DNA of 64,000 nucleotides. Source: Tubulanus polymorphus (lineage: Eukaryota; Animalia; Nemertea). The notes under the pieces are model-generated. The model saw only the letters and a program-made list of their open reading frames with translations. It had not been told where the DNA came from and did no database searches. This document shows, one piece after another, positions 37,601 through 51,800 of the stretch. Each line of letters starts with the position of its first letter. Position 1 is the stretch's first letter. The position numbers and the translations under genes are program-made. The stretch lies in the NCBI RefSeq assembly GCF_964204645.1, contig NC_134028.1:5704001-5768000 (forward strand), written 5' to 3'.

Positions 37601-39835
37601 GTTCATTCATGGCTTCCTCATTACCGTCTTGAATTCAATACGGTATATTCACCTTTTTAATTTCGAATGAGTTTTGCCAACATAGCACTCCCGTTATGTA
37701 AATATATATTCACGCACACGTCGCTTATCGCCTGCCAGTATCATCTTAGAGATTCTTCGAGAAATAATCGACGCCTACTCATTGCTATATACGTCGAATT
37801 AGGGACATTAGAACGGAACTAATCGGCAGACGACAGCTCTGGTGCGTGAGCGTATTTTTAAAGTCCGTTCGTGGGAGTTTTTCAAATTAGAAATATCGTT
37901 CATTCTTTTTCAATGAACATCTTTATGAAAGTGATCGAAATGAAATTCATACCTTTGTACGAAATGACAGTTTCAATATTCTTTGGAGCTGGCTCTTGGG
38001 ACTGGTTTTATAGACCAGTTTAGAATTAGATAAATACGAGCGAAATTGACCGAATTCTGCAACCCAGACACGAAGTTACTTTTAACATCATTTCCTTGTT
38101 ATCTTGTTCGTATATGTCACTCGCAAGGCAACACCGCAACGAATTGAAACCGAATAAGGCAAAGAATATATTTACAAAAGCGTATATACATTTTTTTATT
38201 TATCACATTGTCTTATTCAGTAATGTTATAAATATATATCTGAAGAAAAGACGAGAACAAATACATAATGTGGTTTCTTTGAGATAACCAAGGCCATGAT
38301 CATTTCATTACGTGCGGCAAGTATGGTGAAATAGGTCTGAATATTTCTGTCAAAAGTCCGATGCAATATTATAGAAATCTGAACAAAAAATCTAGACTCT
38401 TGAACAGATATTTAGGTGTTTCTCTAGAAGGATTTCTATAGGATAATTCATTTCTCGTGGAATGCTCGCATGGATTTTAATGCCCAACATATTTCGTTTT
38501 CAATCAAACGTAACACTAATTTCGATAACATTCCAACATAACAATTTAATCAACTACTTATTAACAGTTCGTAAATACGGTTAAGATATGGTTAACGTCA
38601 AACGGATTTTTTCTATGTGAGACATTTTTTAACAAGACGAAGTAAGATCTTATTGCAACATAAAATGCCCACAACCAACCAATTAAAAAGTATTTTTATC
38701 GATATTCTATTAACTGAGTTTTGTTCATTTTTTTGGGTTAAAAATTGTGTTTGACTTTACATGCACATGATGTTGATTATATATGATATTTGACAATGAT
38801 ATTAATGCACAGATAACAATAATATGGCTGTTTCTATCAGTATTACATTTTATCGTGAATCGGCCTAATTTTGTCCCAAACAAATAAGGAGGCTTCTTCC
38901 CAATCTCTCAATTAGTTTAACAAATAAGATACGAATGATAAGTGATTGATTGTAAAAAAAAATCAATAAATAATGTTTGATTTTTGATTCTCTTATATGT
39001 GATTCCATTATTATTCAGTGGACGAACACCCCCTAGCCCTTATTTACTGGCCCCTTACTGGCTCACCGGTTTTATTTTCAGAGATCCTGCGTAAGTTTAC
39101 GAATCAGTTTTGATTGACTTCGTCGGAAAGCTCTTCCTAAACTCAAAGTTACCAAAAATTCAATATGATCCCACATCGTTATATTCAGACTTCTTTAGGT
39201 TCTATACAGAAAAGATGGCCTGAAAGTTTAAAGCCCTACTTAAGACTATGAAATTCCTTTTCATTTTGTTCCCAGTAGTAAGGCCGCGCAAAAGGCATTT
39301 TCCAGTAAAAAAAAGAAAAAACATGCATACGATTTTACATATATAAAATATGAATGGATATACGAAGACGCACGAGTTATTTTCGGAACACTGGGAAATG
39401 GTTCAGTGAAAATGCAGTGAATACGTAGTAAAACTTAAGATTTTAACGAAAATATTTCAATATGACAACAGAAGCACAAAATCGTCCAATTTATATATAG
39501 GTATACTATATGTAATTCACCTGTTCAAACAGCACAGAAATGAGAGAGGTTAGTGAAGTAAAAACCGATAAAACGAACATTTAGTGACATTGACGCTTAA
39601 AGCCAGATACAATAAAATAATTAATCCATTGTTGATAATCAGCAAATACCCAAATATCAGTCAATCAACCATTATACATATATATCCGATGAATTTTCAT
39701 GAAATAACAAGCGTCATTGGATCCGAATTGACGACTTTCCTGTCTATTTGAACTCGTATGTTTAATGTATCGTATCATTCAAATAACCATTTCGTAGTTT
39801 TCTTTCCTCAACAGTTTGACAGCTGGGGTCAGAAT

Positions 39836-42800
39836 CTAATAACGGTCTTTGAAGAATCCTTTTTGCGTAGGACTTTCGAGAAACGACACGGTTATTCGAT
39901 TACACGTGACGTCAGTTACTAGTACCTCTCCGGGTGACAGTTTACAGAATGCCGGACAGTCGCCGTTAGAACAGGTGGCATTCTTACAGTTCGTAAATGA
40001 ACACAAATTGTGGGCAGATGTACAGATATTACACTCCGTTCGAAAATTGTTCTCTGTCGTTGTCGTCGGTGACGGTATCGACTTCTCGCGGTTTTGATTT
40101 TCGTCGAAAAGCTTCGTTTTATAAAGTCTATACGAGGCGGTGCTGTCGCTGAACGAATGGGACTGGGTATAGTAGCGCGGGGGAGTGAACGGGTAATACG
40201 GCGATTGCTGGGCGAACATGGCGGAATGCTCCGCCATCGAATGGTACCAATTACACTGCGTACTGAGATCTAACGGCGCGACCTGTTGTGAATAACAATC
40301 GCGATCGTCATCGCCCTCGTCTGCTGAACTAATCGGGCTATAATCCATGGTGAAGTCTTTAATGGCGTTTTCGGCAACGGCCTCCAAACAATCGGAGTCA
40401 TCGCTATCGATGCCGGCGCTGTGACCTCCCGTCGACATCAAACTCTGAGGAGGACTGGGAGGCAGCGGACTGGGCGCGAAAATCGTCTGCTTCTCTTGAT
40501 GATGGCCGATCGTCGGACTGGGAATATCGGATGAGAATTCAGCGAGGTTGCTGTATTTCACGTATTTGAACGGCGGCTTGCTGATTTTGTGGTGATGTAT
40601 TTTCTTCACGGTTTCCGTCCATTCGCGAGCTCGTCGCTGTCGCTCTTTTTCCTCGTTAGTTTCTTGTTCCGATACGATTGGAATAGGTTCTTCATCTTCG
40701 TTGTCGTCGTCCTCGTCCTCGTCATCTATCGCACGAAGTTCCCGTTCTCTTTCCTGAAATGATAAGAAGTAAAAGGCCGTCAATTGTTGATGCCATGAAA
40801 AATCGTTTTCAAAGTCGACTTGCCTAGTCTTCAATGCGTAGATGTTTTTTTAGTCAAATATCATTAGGTTTTAACTTTTAGACTTGATATTTGTCAGCAT
40901 TGTCATAGGACACATTATAGTTTGGGTTACCCAGTCATTTGTTCTTTGGCACCAGGGAGTTAGGTTTTCAATCATATACAATTCTTCCATATTATATATT
41001 GGTACGTATGTATACTTCGAAACCAATTAATTGCAAATTCGTAGCTCATCACGTGCTCTGTGATGATGTGCTCTAAGGTCACGCTTTCTGTTTATTTTCA
41101 CCAGGGGGCGTTGACTAGCAGAAAAACGTGAAATACCTATTGGTACCTATACATACATATTTTTTGTAACCACAATCAATAGCAAAATCCGCGACTATGA
41201 GAGGTCCTATGATTGTGATGATTTTGCTAGAGCTCATTGATTTCTGTATTTGAACAGGGGTGTTAAGTATTGAAATTGTCACATTTCAATCATTTCAAAA
41301 ACTGAGCGGGCATGGCGTCCTTGGATCCCTATATAGTTTACATATAAACCTGGATCACAGTTTGACTAGGTGAATCAGTTTATCATGTAACGAGATTGAA
41401 GTACATTGAAAACAATCGTAAGTGGGCGTATAGAAATTGGACGACTGTATGCCAGATATCAGCTTTAATTTGCTAATGTAAAGCATTGAATGAACGCTGG
41501 CGTCTCTGTTTTAGCGTATCGTTATTTTTAAGTAAAAAGATTGTCGTATGCGCTAGAAAGCGAACAAATCCACCGTGCTTTTGGATATGGGGTAACTATG
41601 TAGTAGAGTGGCGACATGAGTCGAATTTACACCCGAAACCTACAAGGAAACGAACTAGTTTCTGCTCATTTTAAAAAGCGCTAAGTAAGACGAAAAATAG
41701 AATTCATTTTTAGCCTGAAAAACTACATTTTTTACCTTTGGCGAATGATATTTTTGACGTCAGTTCAGTTAATGTAACGTCGAAGAAGGAAATTCTAAAT
41801 TCATTTTCTATCGAAGAAGAAACCTTTCATTTTATTGCGAAACAACATGAGACACACCCATTTTGAACGGGAAGCACGTACGTGCTGCTTGCGCTGCAGT
41901 CGTTCATGTACACATCGTAGCAGATAAGATATCGGGTTAAAAAACTATATATTCTAAATCGGTTGTGTCGCGTATATTACATAATCTATATACATGGAAC
42001 GTTAGGAAACAACGCCCCAGGCGTATTGAAAAATCGAAGCCACACGAAACGTGACAGTTATACGTGGAGATTATAGACATATGGAGAATTTACTTGTGAT
42101 CTAATGGGTTAACATTTGAAATTTACCTCGGGATTGGTTTACCCAGGCCCAGTCGACAGATCATATCCATCTTTTACCTCACTTTTAGAAAATATCTGAT
42201 GTACACGGAAACTATGTGTATATATTTGTAATCTATTAGGTTAAAATTTGAAATGTCCATGGAATAGCCATCCCCGGCAGATTATATACAATGTAACTCA
42301 AAATACAATGTAACTCATTTTAAACATTTTTTTCAAAGGATATTGACTGATTTTGATTCTTTCATTGAATAAGATATTCGAAATATTGACATTGAAAGTA
42401 GCGAATAAGGGGGCGGATGTTGTTGTTGCTGCTGCTCAGATTTCTCGGAATCAGCCACGCGCGAAATCCGTGTTAATATATCACCTCAGGAATTCACGAT
42501 TCTGCCGTCAATTTACCTCGCACGCCGAGTAACCTTGAAACATCGGCTTATGACGTCATTACACACCGCGCTACTATGGACCGGTAGATGTTCGAGTATT
42601 GTTTACCGTTGAGCATGCAACGCGTAGATTCTATTCGGCCGCGGCATCTTAACATCTTCGACTGAATGGAAATCTAATTTGATCCTATGACGTAAACTGA
42701 CACTCGGCCACATGACACTAAAAATATCGTAAAAACTGCTTACGTAGGTTCCGAGATCCACAAAGGTCATCGACGTTCGATTGCAGAATAATGAGTAGCG

Positions 42801-45800
42801 CGGATGGTCGTGAATAATGAATGAATTTTTTCGTTCGGTGTCAAAATCGGTCGAAAATAGATCTATACACCTATTAAACTGTGATGTACAAAGTATTTTG
42901 TAGAAGAATACCATCTTATCGGCCTCCTCGCGTTGGAAAGAAGGAAAAATGAAATTTCCGAACTAAAGGAGTTTATCTTCTTCTAGTCAACATCGACCCA
43001 TGACTTTTGCTTTTTGTTTTTTTTTTGCTATTGGATCATGGTATCGGGAAAACACTGATATATGTCCTGCCTGAGCATGGTTTAACCAGGATTCTAACCA
43101 CACCCTCCGGGCTGGGGGCCTAACACCTTATCCACCAAGCCACGGAGGCAAGACTAGTTTCACCCTCAAATTGAAATCCAAATTTCTAGAAAGTACCAAA
43201 TTCATAAAATTTCCACTTATTTCCTCGTTTTTTTCCTTAAACAGAACATCCATTTTCTCCCACCGAATTCCTCCCTTCTAGTCAATCTTTTTCTTTACTA
43301 TATACGGATGCAGCTTGGCCTTGCCCTTCGGTGGCGGTAAACGAAAAATTTCCATGGTTTTTCATCACACGATACGTGTCGGACAGAATTGCACTTGGTG
43401 AACGAAATCTCGGTACGTTGTGCACTTCGATCTGTTTTTTGCATTCGTTCGTTCACAAAGTGGCGACCACTCTTGCACTTATTGTGCACTTTTATGAATC
43501 GCCTCCGAGACTGACGAGTCAAGGCCACTAACCAGAAAGACGAGCACACAAGAAACAAGAGACGAAAATAAGATCGTTTTTCGCTGTCGTCGCTTCGTTT
43601 TCATCATTGCGACAATGCACTTTTATTAGTTCCGAAACCACAAAGAAATGTGCGGAGGCCTGGTACATTAAATCGACTACTCAATTTAAGAAACAGACAG
43701 TCCTTTTTATTAAAGCTTTTGTAAGATTAAGACTCAAGATTAAGAATATATACAACGTTTCGGTGTCAAAACTTCTGTCAATTATTTAGTAACGTCATCG
43801 AAGGTGTGTAGTCCTTGCGTTGTCCGTTAAAGTTTCTCTGGAAAACTCTTGGTGTTTGATGGAATAATGCAATAACATCCGAAAGCTAGTACAGTTCTAT
43901 CTAAGGACATGTTCACGCTTTTATATGTGTTTTAATCTCTTATCATCGTCTACTGCTTTTGTACTGAGGATCGTCGGCAGTGGGATCGTCGACAGCTATA
44001 AAACTGTTTACTGCTGCTGTTTGTTATTGCTGCGTCGATCGAATACCACGCACGAGACCGACTACGCAGTAACCTCGCCTTCAACCCGTGTTTGTTTTTA
44101 ACGTGACATTGCGTTGTTTACCAGTTCATCGATGAAATATATTCGATTATACGTTTTAACGCCGAAAGTACGTAGATTTAAGATTCTAAAACGATATCGC
44201 TCTAAAAGCGTTTAGTGTTGATGTGTATACAACGACCCTGGTAAACAACAAAAGGGATTCATTCTTGTCCCGAAGCGCCAGAAGCTTCAATATTCGATAT
44301 AAAGATAGTCGGAAGGTTTTTGGAAGCAAAACAGAGAAAAACAAACACTGAGTCACTTGTCAAGATTACAATATCCCTGGACAAATTCGACAACACCCCT
44401 TATTAACAGTCTTGGTGATACTTGGTATGAGTAATAGGCATGCGTTCAGACGTGCTGTCACCTGAGTCACATAGCCCGATGGTGCGCTCTGATCTCTATA
44501 ATGACTAACACTCGGCAATTGGGTAATAATTGCAAAACTGTCGTAAAGACGACTGCAGCAAAATGATTCAGACGATGATGATGATCTCTCTGATGAATCG
44601 ACTGGCTGCAGAATAGAGCTCGAGGGAGACTCAACAGGTCGTCAGATAGTAGCAATCGAATCAACAGTAGTCACTTTGAAAATATCATGAGTCACATACT
44701 ACTCATCTTTCCACTGTTGAAATTTCTGCTCGATATGCAACCAGTGGCTGATCGATCGCAGACGACATTGGAAAAGATTTGAAAAAACGATGAATCTATC
44801 GTGTATTGCGCCATCAAAGTTGATGTGATTAAATTACAGATCGCGGAACCAAACCACGAGTCCAACAGAGATCCTGAGCAGTTGAGTTAGAAAGGAAGAC
44901 CACTGATCTTATCATTCAGTTCGGAATCAGCAATTAAAACTTGAAAACAGAAAAATGTTGAAAATATACCGTGATATCCTAATATGTATTATTGGGATCG
45001 TTGAATGTCTGTGTAGTCGTCGAACTGATATTTAGAATTTCCGTATTTTCTAACGATCTTTCTTTACTCGTCTGGCTACACCTTCGAATTAAACAATGCA
45101 GCAGAGCCACGATGATCTATATTTCGAATCTCAGACGATCGAATATCAAACATTTCTTTCATGTTCGTAACCTATAGGTACAACAAGATTATTGTGGCTA
45201 GACATTGGCTCCAGACCCTTGAGAGATCCATCAATATATATTCAATATATTTTCAGTGCCTTTCCCAAGTCTTTGTTTTGAAATGTTAAGTAAATAAATT
45301 CGAAATCATGTTGGATCAGATTCACCAATGCTTTCGTAATAGCACCGAGTGACATTGGTTTCGAATGAAAAACCCAAATTACGTACGTCAACCTGAACTC
45401 GGATCAGATGAGAGACTGACTATTTTCAAATGGATCCATGATATTTCCATACGCTCATGAACAGCTGTTCTACCAGTACCAGTATAGCAATACGTACTGA
45501 TAGTAAGTGCCATTGGTAATATTCCTAGAAAAATGTCGCGAACATCGAACAGTGTATCATAACATGAAAACAAATGACGATATCAAACATTAAGAATAAC
45601 CGATCTGACTGACCAGTACGGGATTGTATGATTTTGATTTCCACCCAGCCACAGATCCCGCTGATCTAGATGACGTTTAAAAATCAAGTAGATCGTGTTC
45701 GACTAATGGTGAATATCGCGTGATCCGAATAGTTTTTGCTAACATTATAAAATTGTTGCGTTGATAGACATGACTCGTCCCTTCGACAGCGCTTGGCGTC

Positions 45801-48712
45801 TTTCCAATCCGACCGAATGCGGTTCACCAGGCAGGTTCTCATCCGATCGATAATATCGAACGAAAACATGACCAAACGACTCCGATTGTAAACACAATTG
45901 ACTGACTCGTAACCCTATTGAAGATGCTAGCTGTACGTCATTGAACGGAAAGAAAATATTACCCGCCACCTAGGTACATAACCACGGAATAACCCGTAGA
46001 AGATAATAAGCAATAGAAATGTAAACCGTTCAAAATTATTTATAAATAATTGAATGCCAGAGTTCACAGATGATCCAAAAATAATATCAAGACAAACCAT
46101 GAATTTCTAAGATAGAAATGTGATACGAAGGTATTTTGGGGTGTTTATCATTTAACCTGCCAAAGGGATACGTGATACATGTCATCGCAGTGACACATAT
46201 TGATGAACTATCGGTGACACTTTGAACAAAACCGATACAGTCAATTAAATATGCTATTAATCACATAGAATGTCACGAACTTTGTGGAAAGGCTGTTTAA
46301 AGCACAACACATGTGGAATACGTTGAAGATGCCACGTTTCTATAACTTCTATAACTTCGTTGTTACGTAATCTATACCTATTGGTATATCTAAGAACCTT
46401 CAAGCGATTACCTGAAGAAATCTATTTCTGATATGTGCGTAAAAGATGTCAACAGTGAAATGGGCTACTACCTAGAACGTAAAGGCATTACGTCTTCTAA
46501 AGCAATGTGTTCTTTACAGTTTCCACCTCTAGATTAGGTGGGTACAGTGTTGTAGCATGGTCGTATATAATTTATACGCCCATCCATTCAGTATTGGTTG
46601 ACGTTGTTGCAACTTGACTCGATCCGGTACGACGGGTTCGGGCGTATAGGTTATTTGAAATAAGTCATTTTCTGCGAACTGAATTTGGTGATCGACCATT
46701 AATTCTCGACAACTGGTCAAAATGAGGTACCAGATGAAGCGGTATTGAAATAAGTGGCCGAGCACCAAAGCATATATCAGACACATTTTTGTGAATTATA
46801 CGGATAGACTTTGAAAAATACGCCCACGGCTCGTGTGTGTGCAGTAACAGCTGGTTAGACTGGCTTCTACATACACGCAATATCAGTACTGATAATATGC
46901 AAAAATCATTTACAATGAATGTGTAGGTGTTAACAAAATGGAGCAATATTTCATCATCAGAAAAATTAATTTCGCCAATAAAACGAACAGCCACATATCA
47001 CTCAGTTACACATGAAATCGATAGCGTAAAAGGATTTTAATTCCAGTCCAAATCTCACAGTTTGCTACAAGAACTGAATCGGATTAATTCGAGTCTATGG
47101 ATATTGAATAACCGAATTGAATCTTACCTCTTTCTTTCGCTGTCTTACTTTTTGCACGGCTCGCTTTCTCTGGGCTGATCGTCTTTTAACGCTGGAAAGA
47201 AATTCGAATGTGAAAATTCAGAACACGGTAAAATAATACCCCACGTTTCGAGCGAGAAGATATCTCCAATTACACCTTTAGATATAGTTAAGCACGAGTG
47301 CCGATTATCGAACGATTTTTTTATATCAGACTTGACATTATTTTAGCCATAGACGTTTGCCTCGTTGTTGGACTCGTTCTACGTTTCCTGCCACAAGCGA
47401 AATCACTTCCTCATTTGCCGAGACAGTTACGTCACCGCGGTGCTCGATCTGACCACGAATACCCGATGAGGGCTTTCACGCGGTCATTATCGGAGGATGG
47501 TAAAACCTACGAGCAATCATGAGATGATTGCTCATCGCCTGGTTAACAGACGGCCTTCATTCATTTAATAGCGATTGTTGGTGCCAATTATTTTTGACAA
47601 TTAAAACTGACCAAGGATTATCTTAAAATCGTAAAAAGAAGCCAGTTTGAAAATAGTCTTTTTTCAAATATTTTCCCGTGACAATTTTGGACTTATGCTA
47701 TGTTGCAACCAATCTTATGTGCTATGTATACAGGAAACAATTAATCATTATAAAAAGTCTCATTGTAGTCTAATTGTAAATTTCTATATCGGCGATGAGT
47801 GAAACTATTCCCTAAAATAACACATCTGTCACCTCCGTCTATCGTGACAGGCGGCTGAGACGTTCAACTGTGACAATGTCAAATTGGTTGCCATTCCCCG
47901 AGTGGGACAAAACTAGTTTCCCGCCAGAAATACAGCACACCATCTGTCAGGGGTGTTCTACCCGTACGACGCAGTTGGGAAGGATTGTTTCATTCAGTTT
48001 TCGGTACGCGTCAACCCTCTTAGACGAAATATATTGTGCCGAACACAAAGCCGACATGTGTGCCGGCTTGACGTTAGAATGAGTGAGGCGCTCTCTCCTC
48101 TGCGTAGTTGCAAACGAGACCGTATCGATCGAACGGGTCGTTCGCGATGGAAACGTTGACGTAAACATTGTCACAAGCGAGCAGGCGATTGAGATTCAAA
48201 CACAAATTGGTCGTAAAGTAAAGTTTACCTGAGGTCAAACTCATAAATCAGTGTAGGGTCCAATATGTTATCCTCTGGCTCCCATGTATTATGCCTGCAA
48301 TTGAAAAAGGAAGCCCGTTATAACCGATTTTAAGTAATTGCGCAGGTAGAAATAGAAGTAATCGATAAGCGATATCGATACGTTAGATTACGAAATAGAC
48401 GGTATTAAAAGCTATGTACCTTTTCGACCAGCCTTTCCATTTTATATAGTACTCCGTTGTTCCCTACAACACAAAAAGACAAACTTTGATTTGATAAGCT
48501 TTGTTTTATGTAGGCCTACTACAATGTCAATCATGTTTGACATTTTACACGCATACGCACACACACACACGTTTGTGTGTTTCATTGATTTACACCAAAA
48601 ATAACATAAGTCATCTTTCAAAATCGACACCATACGAACGCACCTTCCTTCGTCGTCGTTTGAGAATTTTCTCCGCGGTAAAAATCCGATCATTAGCCGG
48701 TATAAATTCCAT
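39836..48712 (-). CDS. CBX: Polycomb/chromobox protein (CBX2/4/6/7/8, Pc family), 5 exons
   Basis: Exons 48712-48644 (MEFIPANDRIFTAEKILKRRRRK), 48463-48420 (GTTEYYIKWKGWSKR), 48294-48229 (HNTWEPEDNILDPTLIYEF), 47191-47128 and 40753-39836 join in phase. This gives a chromodomain, a PLDLS motif and a C-terminal Pc box (VLVTDVTCNRITVSFLES..KGFF). Confidence 0.93.
43005..43149 (-). mobile_element. tRNA-derived SINE with A-rich tail in CBX intron 4
   Basis: Minus strand GCCTCCG-TGGCTTGGTGG (A box)...GGTTAGAATCC (B box, one mismatch), short unrelated body, then an A-rich tail; the cloverleaf stems do not pair. Confidence 0.7.
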
Positions 48713-48812
48713 TTTCGGTAACGACATCACGTATATACTCCGCTCCGAGCACCCGATGTGTTTATATTATCCGGCGATCATCCGACGAACCGCTTCGCGC
48801 ACTCGCGTCGCG

Positions 48813-48834
48813 TGACGTCAGTGCTGGCGGGAAA
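48813..48834. promoter_or_regulatory. CBX proximal promoter with a full CRE and an E2F-type site
   Basis: TGACGTCA (48813-48820) and GGCGGGAAA (48826-48834) ~100 bp upstream of the ATG in CpG-rich DNA. Confidence 0.55.
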
Positions 48835-51800
48835 CAGCCACAATGTTTATGTTGCCAACACAATACGCGTGACGAGTGAAACACGTCTCGTCTGATTATT
48901 GCGCTGTGTGGCGACATTTTTATTTCACGGCACGTGTGCTTTCATTGGATACGAATGAGTTACCGAAAGAAACCGAAAACTAGTATTCAAGTCAAGTACG
49001 TTTTGACAAACAACGTTTATGAATAGCGGCGATAGGTTGGGTTTAGAGACCTTAAAATACCCATATCCCGCCAACGCAAACGCCTGTTGGGTATTGAATG
49101 AGTACGTACATTTTTTCACAAATGCTTTTCCAGTTTTGTGGTTAAATCTTGTGTAATCGGTAGGTCAGTTTGTATTTGCCCCAGAAACAGCGAGTGAGCG
49201 TAGGGTCGCACACGCGCCTATTCACAGTTTCGCCCCAGTGACAAACAAGTTCGCCCATTCGCACTGTTACCAGAACCGGTTCGTTATTCGAACTTTATGT
49301 TGTCATGCCATCGCAAAGTTGTAAATGCAGCGAACTCGTCAACACAGGCGGGTGACAACCGGTCAAAACGTGGCTCAGAAAAAGATTCAAGCGATGATTA
49401 TGTTTTGACTCAATTCCGACGACAGTCTGTAATGATATCTATACCGAATTCAAGAATAACACCGCAAATATTTCGAATAACCTATAAACAAACAAAAAAA
49501 AAACAATATTGATACACGAAGCAAAAGATTTTTCAATGTAATGTGTGCACCTTTGAATATTGTAAATACCTTAACTGATCAGATGTATATACAAACACTG
49601 TAGAAGACTATGCCATTTCGTATTTAGATGAATGCTCGGAAAATATCAATAGATGCTAGACCTGAGTGAGGAACTTACAGGGCAGTTAAGGAGATTCTCA
49701 CTCCCGAAACTTACATTACATCCAACATATCTACATATACGAAATCGTTACTGGCTCAAAGTAGGTTTGACTTGCTGGGTCTACTGATCGAAATTGAAAT
49801 CCATCGTAATATAAAGTTCGAGAAGTGTCTTTTTTGTTGGGAAAACAAGGTAGGAATTGAATATCATTTGGGCATGGGATATCCTCAATTCGAACATTAC
49901 CGATCAAATAGAGTTTGAAATATTAATTATACTTTTGAAAACCTCGAAAAACAGTTTCAATTCATACAAATTATGTCTGATCATCATATTGTATTTACCA
50001 TATTTTCGGTTGTTGCGTGGTCAAATTTCAAACTATAATCCAATATTTTATATGATGTAACTTATACCGGTAAGTCTAGATTAAGGCGGGCTTTGCTATT
50101 TCTATCACTTATATTCATAATTCATACGTAATATACATGTTACTATGATAAATAAATAGACAATAGAAATTCGTTTCGACCTTTTCGGATCCTCATAGTT
50201 TCATAACTACATAATTTCTATCGATACTTAAAAAATGAAAAGCTACTATTCAGATGATTTGATCTTAACATTTTTACGTAAAGCAGACATACATACGAGT
50301 GGCATGCAATTTTATCAAGGTAAGCCGTCCAGCAGTCGTTTCTAAATCTGTCCAGCCTACACCGTTTTCTTCCATTGCGCCACAACATTTCGGTCGTTTT
50401 GTAGTTAAAAAACTGCGTGATCAGATCGTTTTGTATTTCCATATTTTGGACCAATATCGTGCCTAGTATTGATAATACATAGAAGTGAACAGCTCTGATC
50501 TCCAGTGGCCCCGTGCATCTTTTTGAATGTCTTCGTCGGTAAAATTATGGTGAATCCTAATAATATGAATCCGCACTGTTTAAGTCTCTACGTAATTTTG
50601 TTCTTTCCGAAGACTCTCACTAAATACCGTAAAAAGACCTAACATAGCAATAGAGATATTTAGCAATAAAGATATTTTTGATTGAATTGAATTATAATAC
50701 CGATGTTATGTCATCATTTAGCTTAGATTTCGGTTTTGAGTGTCTCATTATTTGCAATACTTATGAAAGAGTAGCTATAGCATGACAGTCAATCATTGCA
50801 AAAAATTTTCATCCCGAAAAAAAACATCTTTGCTTAATATGTATGCAACACATGAGATTCGTCACTTTCATGTAGATTTGTGGTGATAATGTGTTGCTTT
50901 CACTAAATAGCCATGTATCCGTCGTTTGTTTGCTTGACACTGATTACTGCAAAATGCGTAATATTCCAGGCACGAGCGTTTCTAATTTCCGTCACTTCTG
51001 GGAAAACAAATAGATTCTAAATCGTCATGTATATATACGCATGATAATTCCGGAAGACCTTGTATCATAGATCATTGGTCGTCTGTAATGGTTTTTCGTC
51101 AGAAATGTGGAAAATTGTCTCGCACATGATATGTGACTCCAAGACTAAATCCAGTTGATTTTCACTAAGTTAAGATTTTTCAAACTAAGATCATTTTTAG
51201 ATCGTGATTTTTAAATGATCAAATGGAATTGATTTGCCGCATCCTCAACTACTGGTCGTGTTTATTGTGAAATCGTTCAACGATGGAGTGGATTTTCAAA
51301 GATATTGAATTAAAAGCCTGAATACATCTATATCCAAAATGAATTAACGTAAATTCTCATTCATTTATTTCTGAATAATTTCTTACAACAATAGCAACAA
51401 CAACTTTTACACATCCATCGCATACAGATTTTTCCGCTGTTTCATTGCTCTAATGCTCGAATGTCAAGGTCACAATTTCGATGCGTATCAAACCAATTCT
51501 GAGGAGAGAGGATGTATGATATAAACTGATTCAAATACTGCGCAGCCCCATGTGTTAGTGGTCGGTAAATAAAAAGCACCCCGACACGTGAATTATTAAC
51601 GATATTTCAGAAAAATAGCGATATTTCTGCAATGTATCCGTTTATGTAGCTAATTTGCGGAGGGGAATATAAGTATCAAGCGTATTAACCTTGCCTGAAT
51701 AAACATCTATCAATCTTCCTGCGCACCCTGATGCATTGGAAATCACATTGTTTACCTTCTGCGTATACCACTGCAGAACCAGCCCTTGTTGCGTTATATA

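Noticed and set aside
43075-43149. Functional tRNA gene
   Set aside because: Acceptor and T stems do not pair, the B box is mutated and an A-rich tail follows; better explained as a SINE.
44400-47000. Nested gene in CBX intron 4 suggested by short ORFs
   Set aside because: No recognisable domains and no consistent phase-compatible exon chain.
47128-47191. bZIP-like basic region
   Set aside because: No leucine zipper follows, and the exon splices in phase between the chromodomain and the Pc box of the CBX gene.
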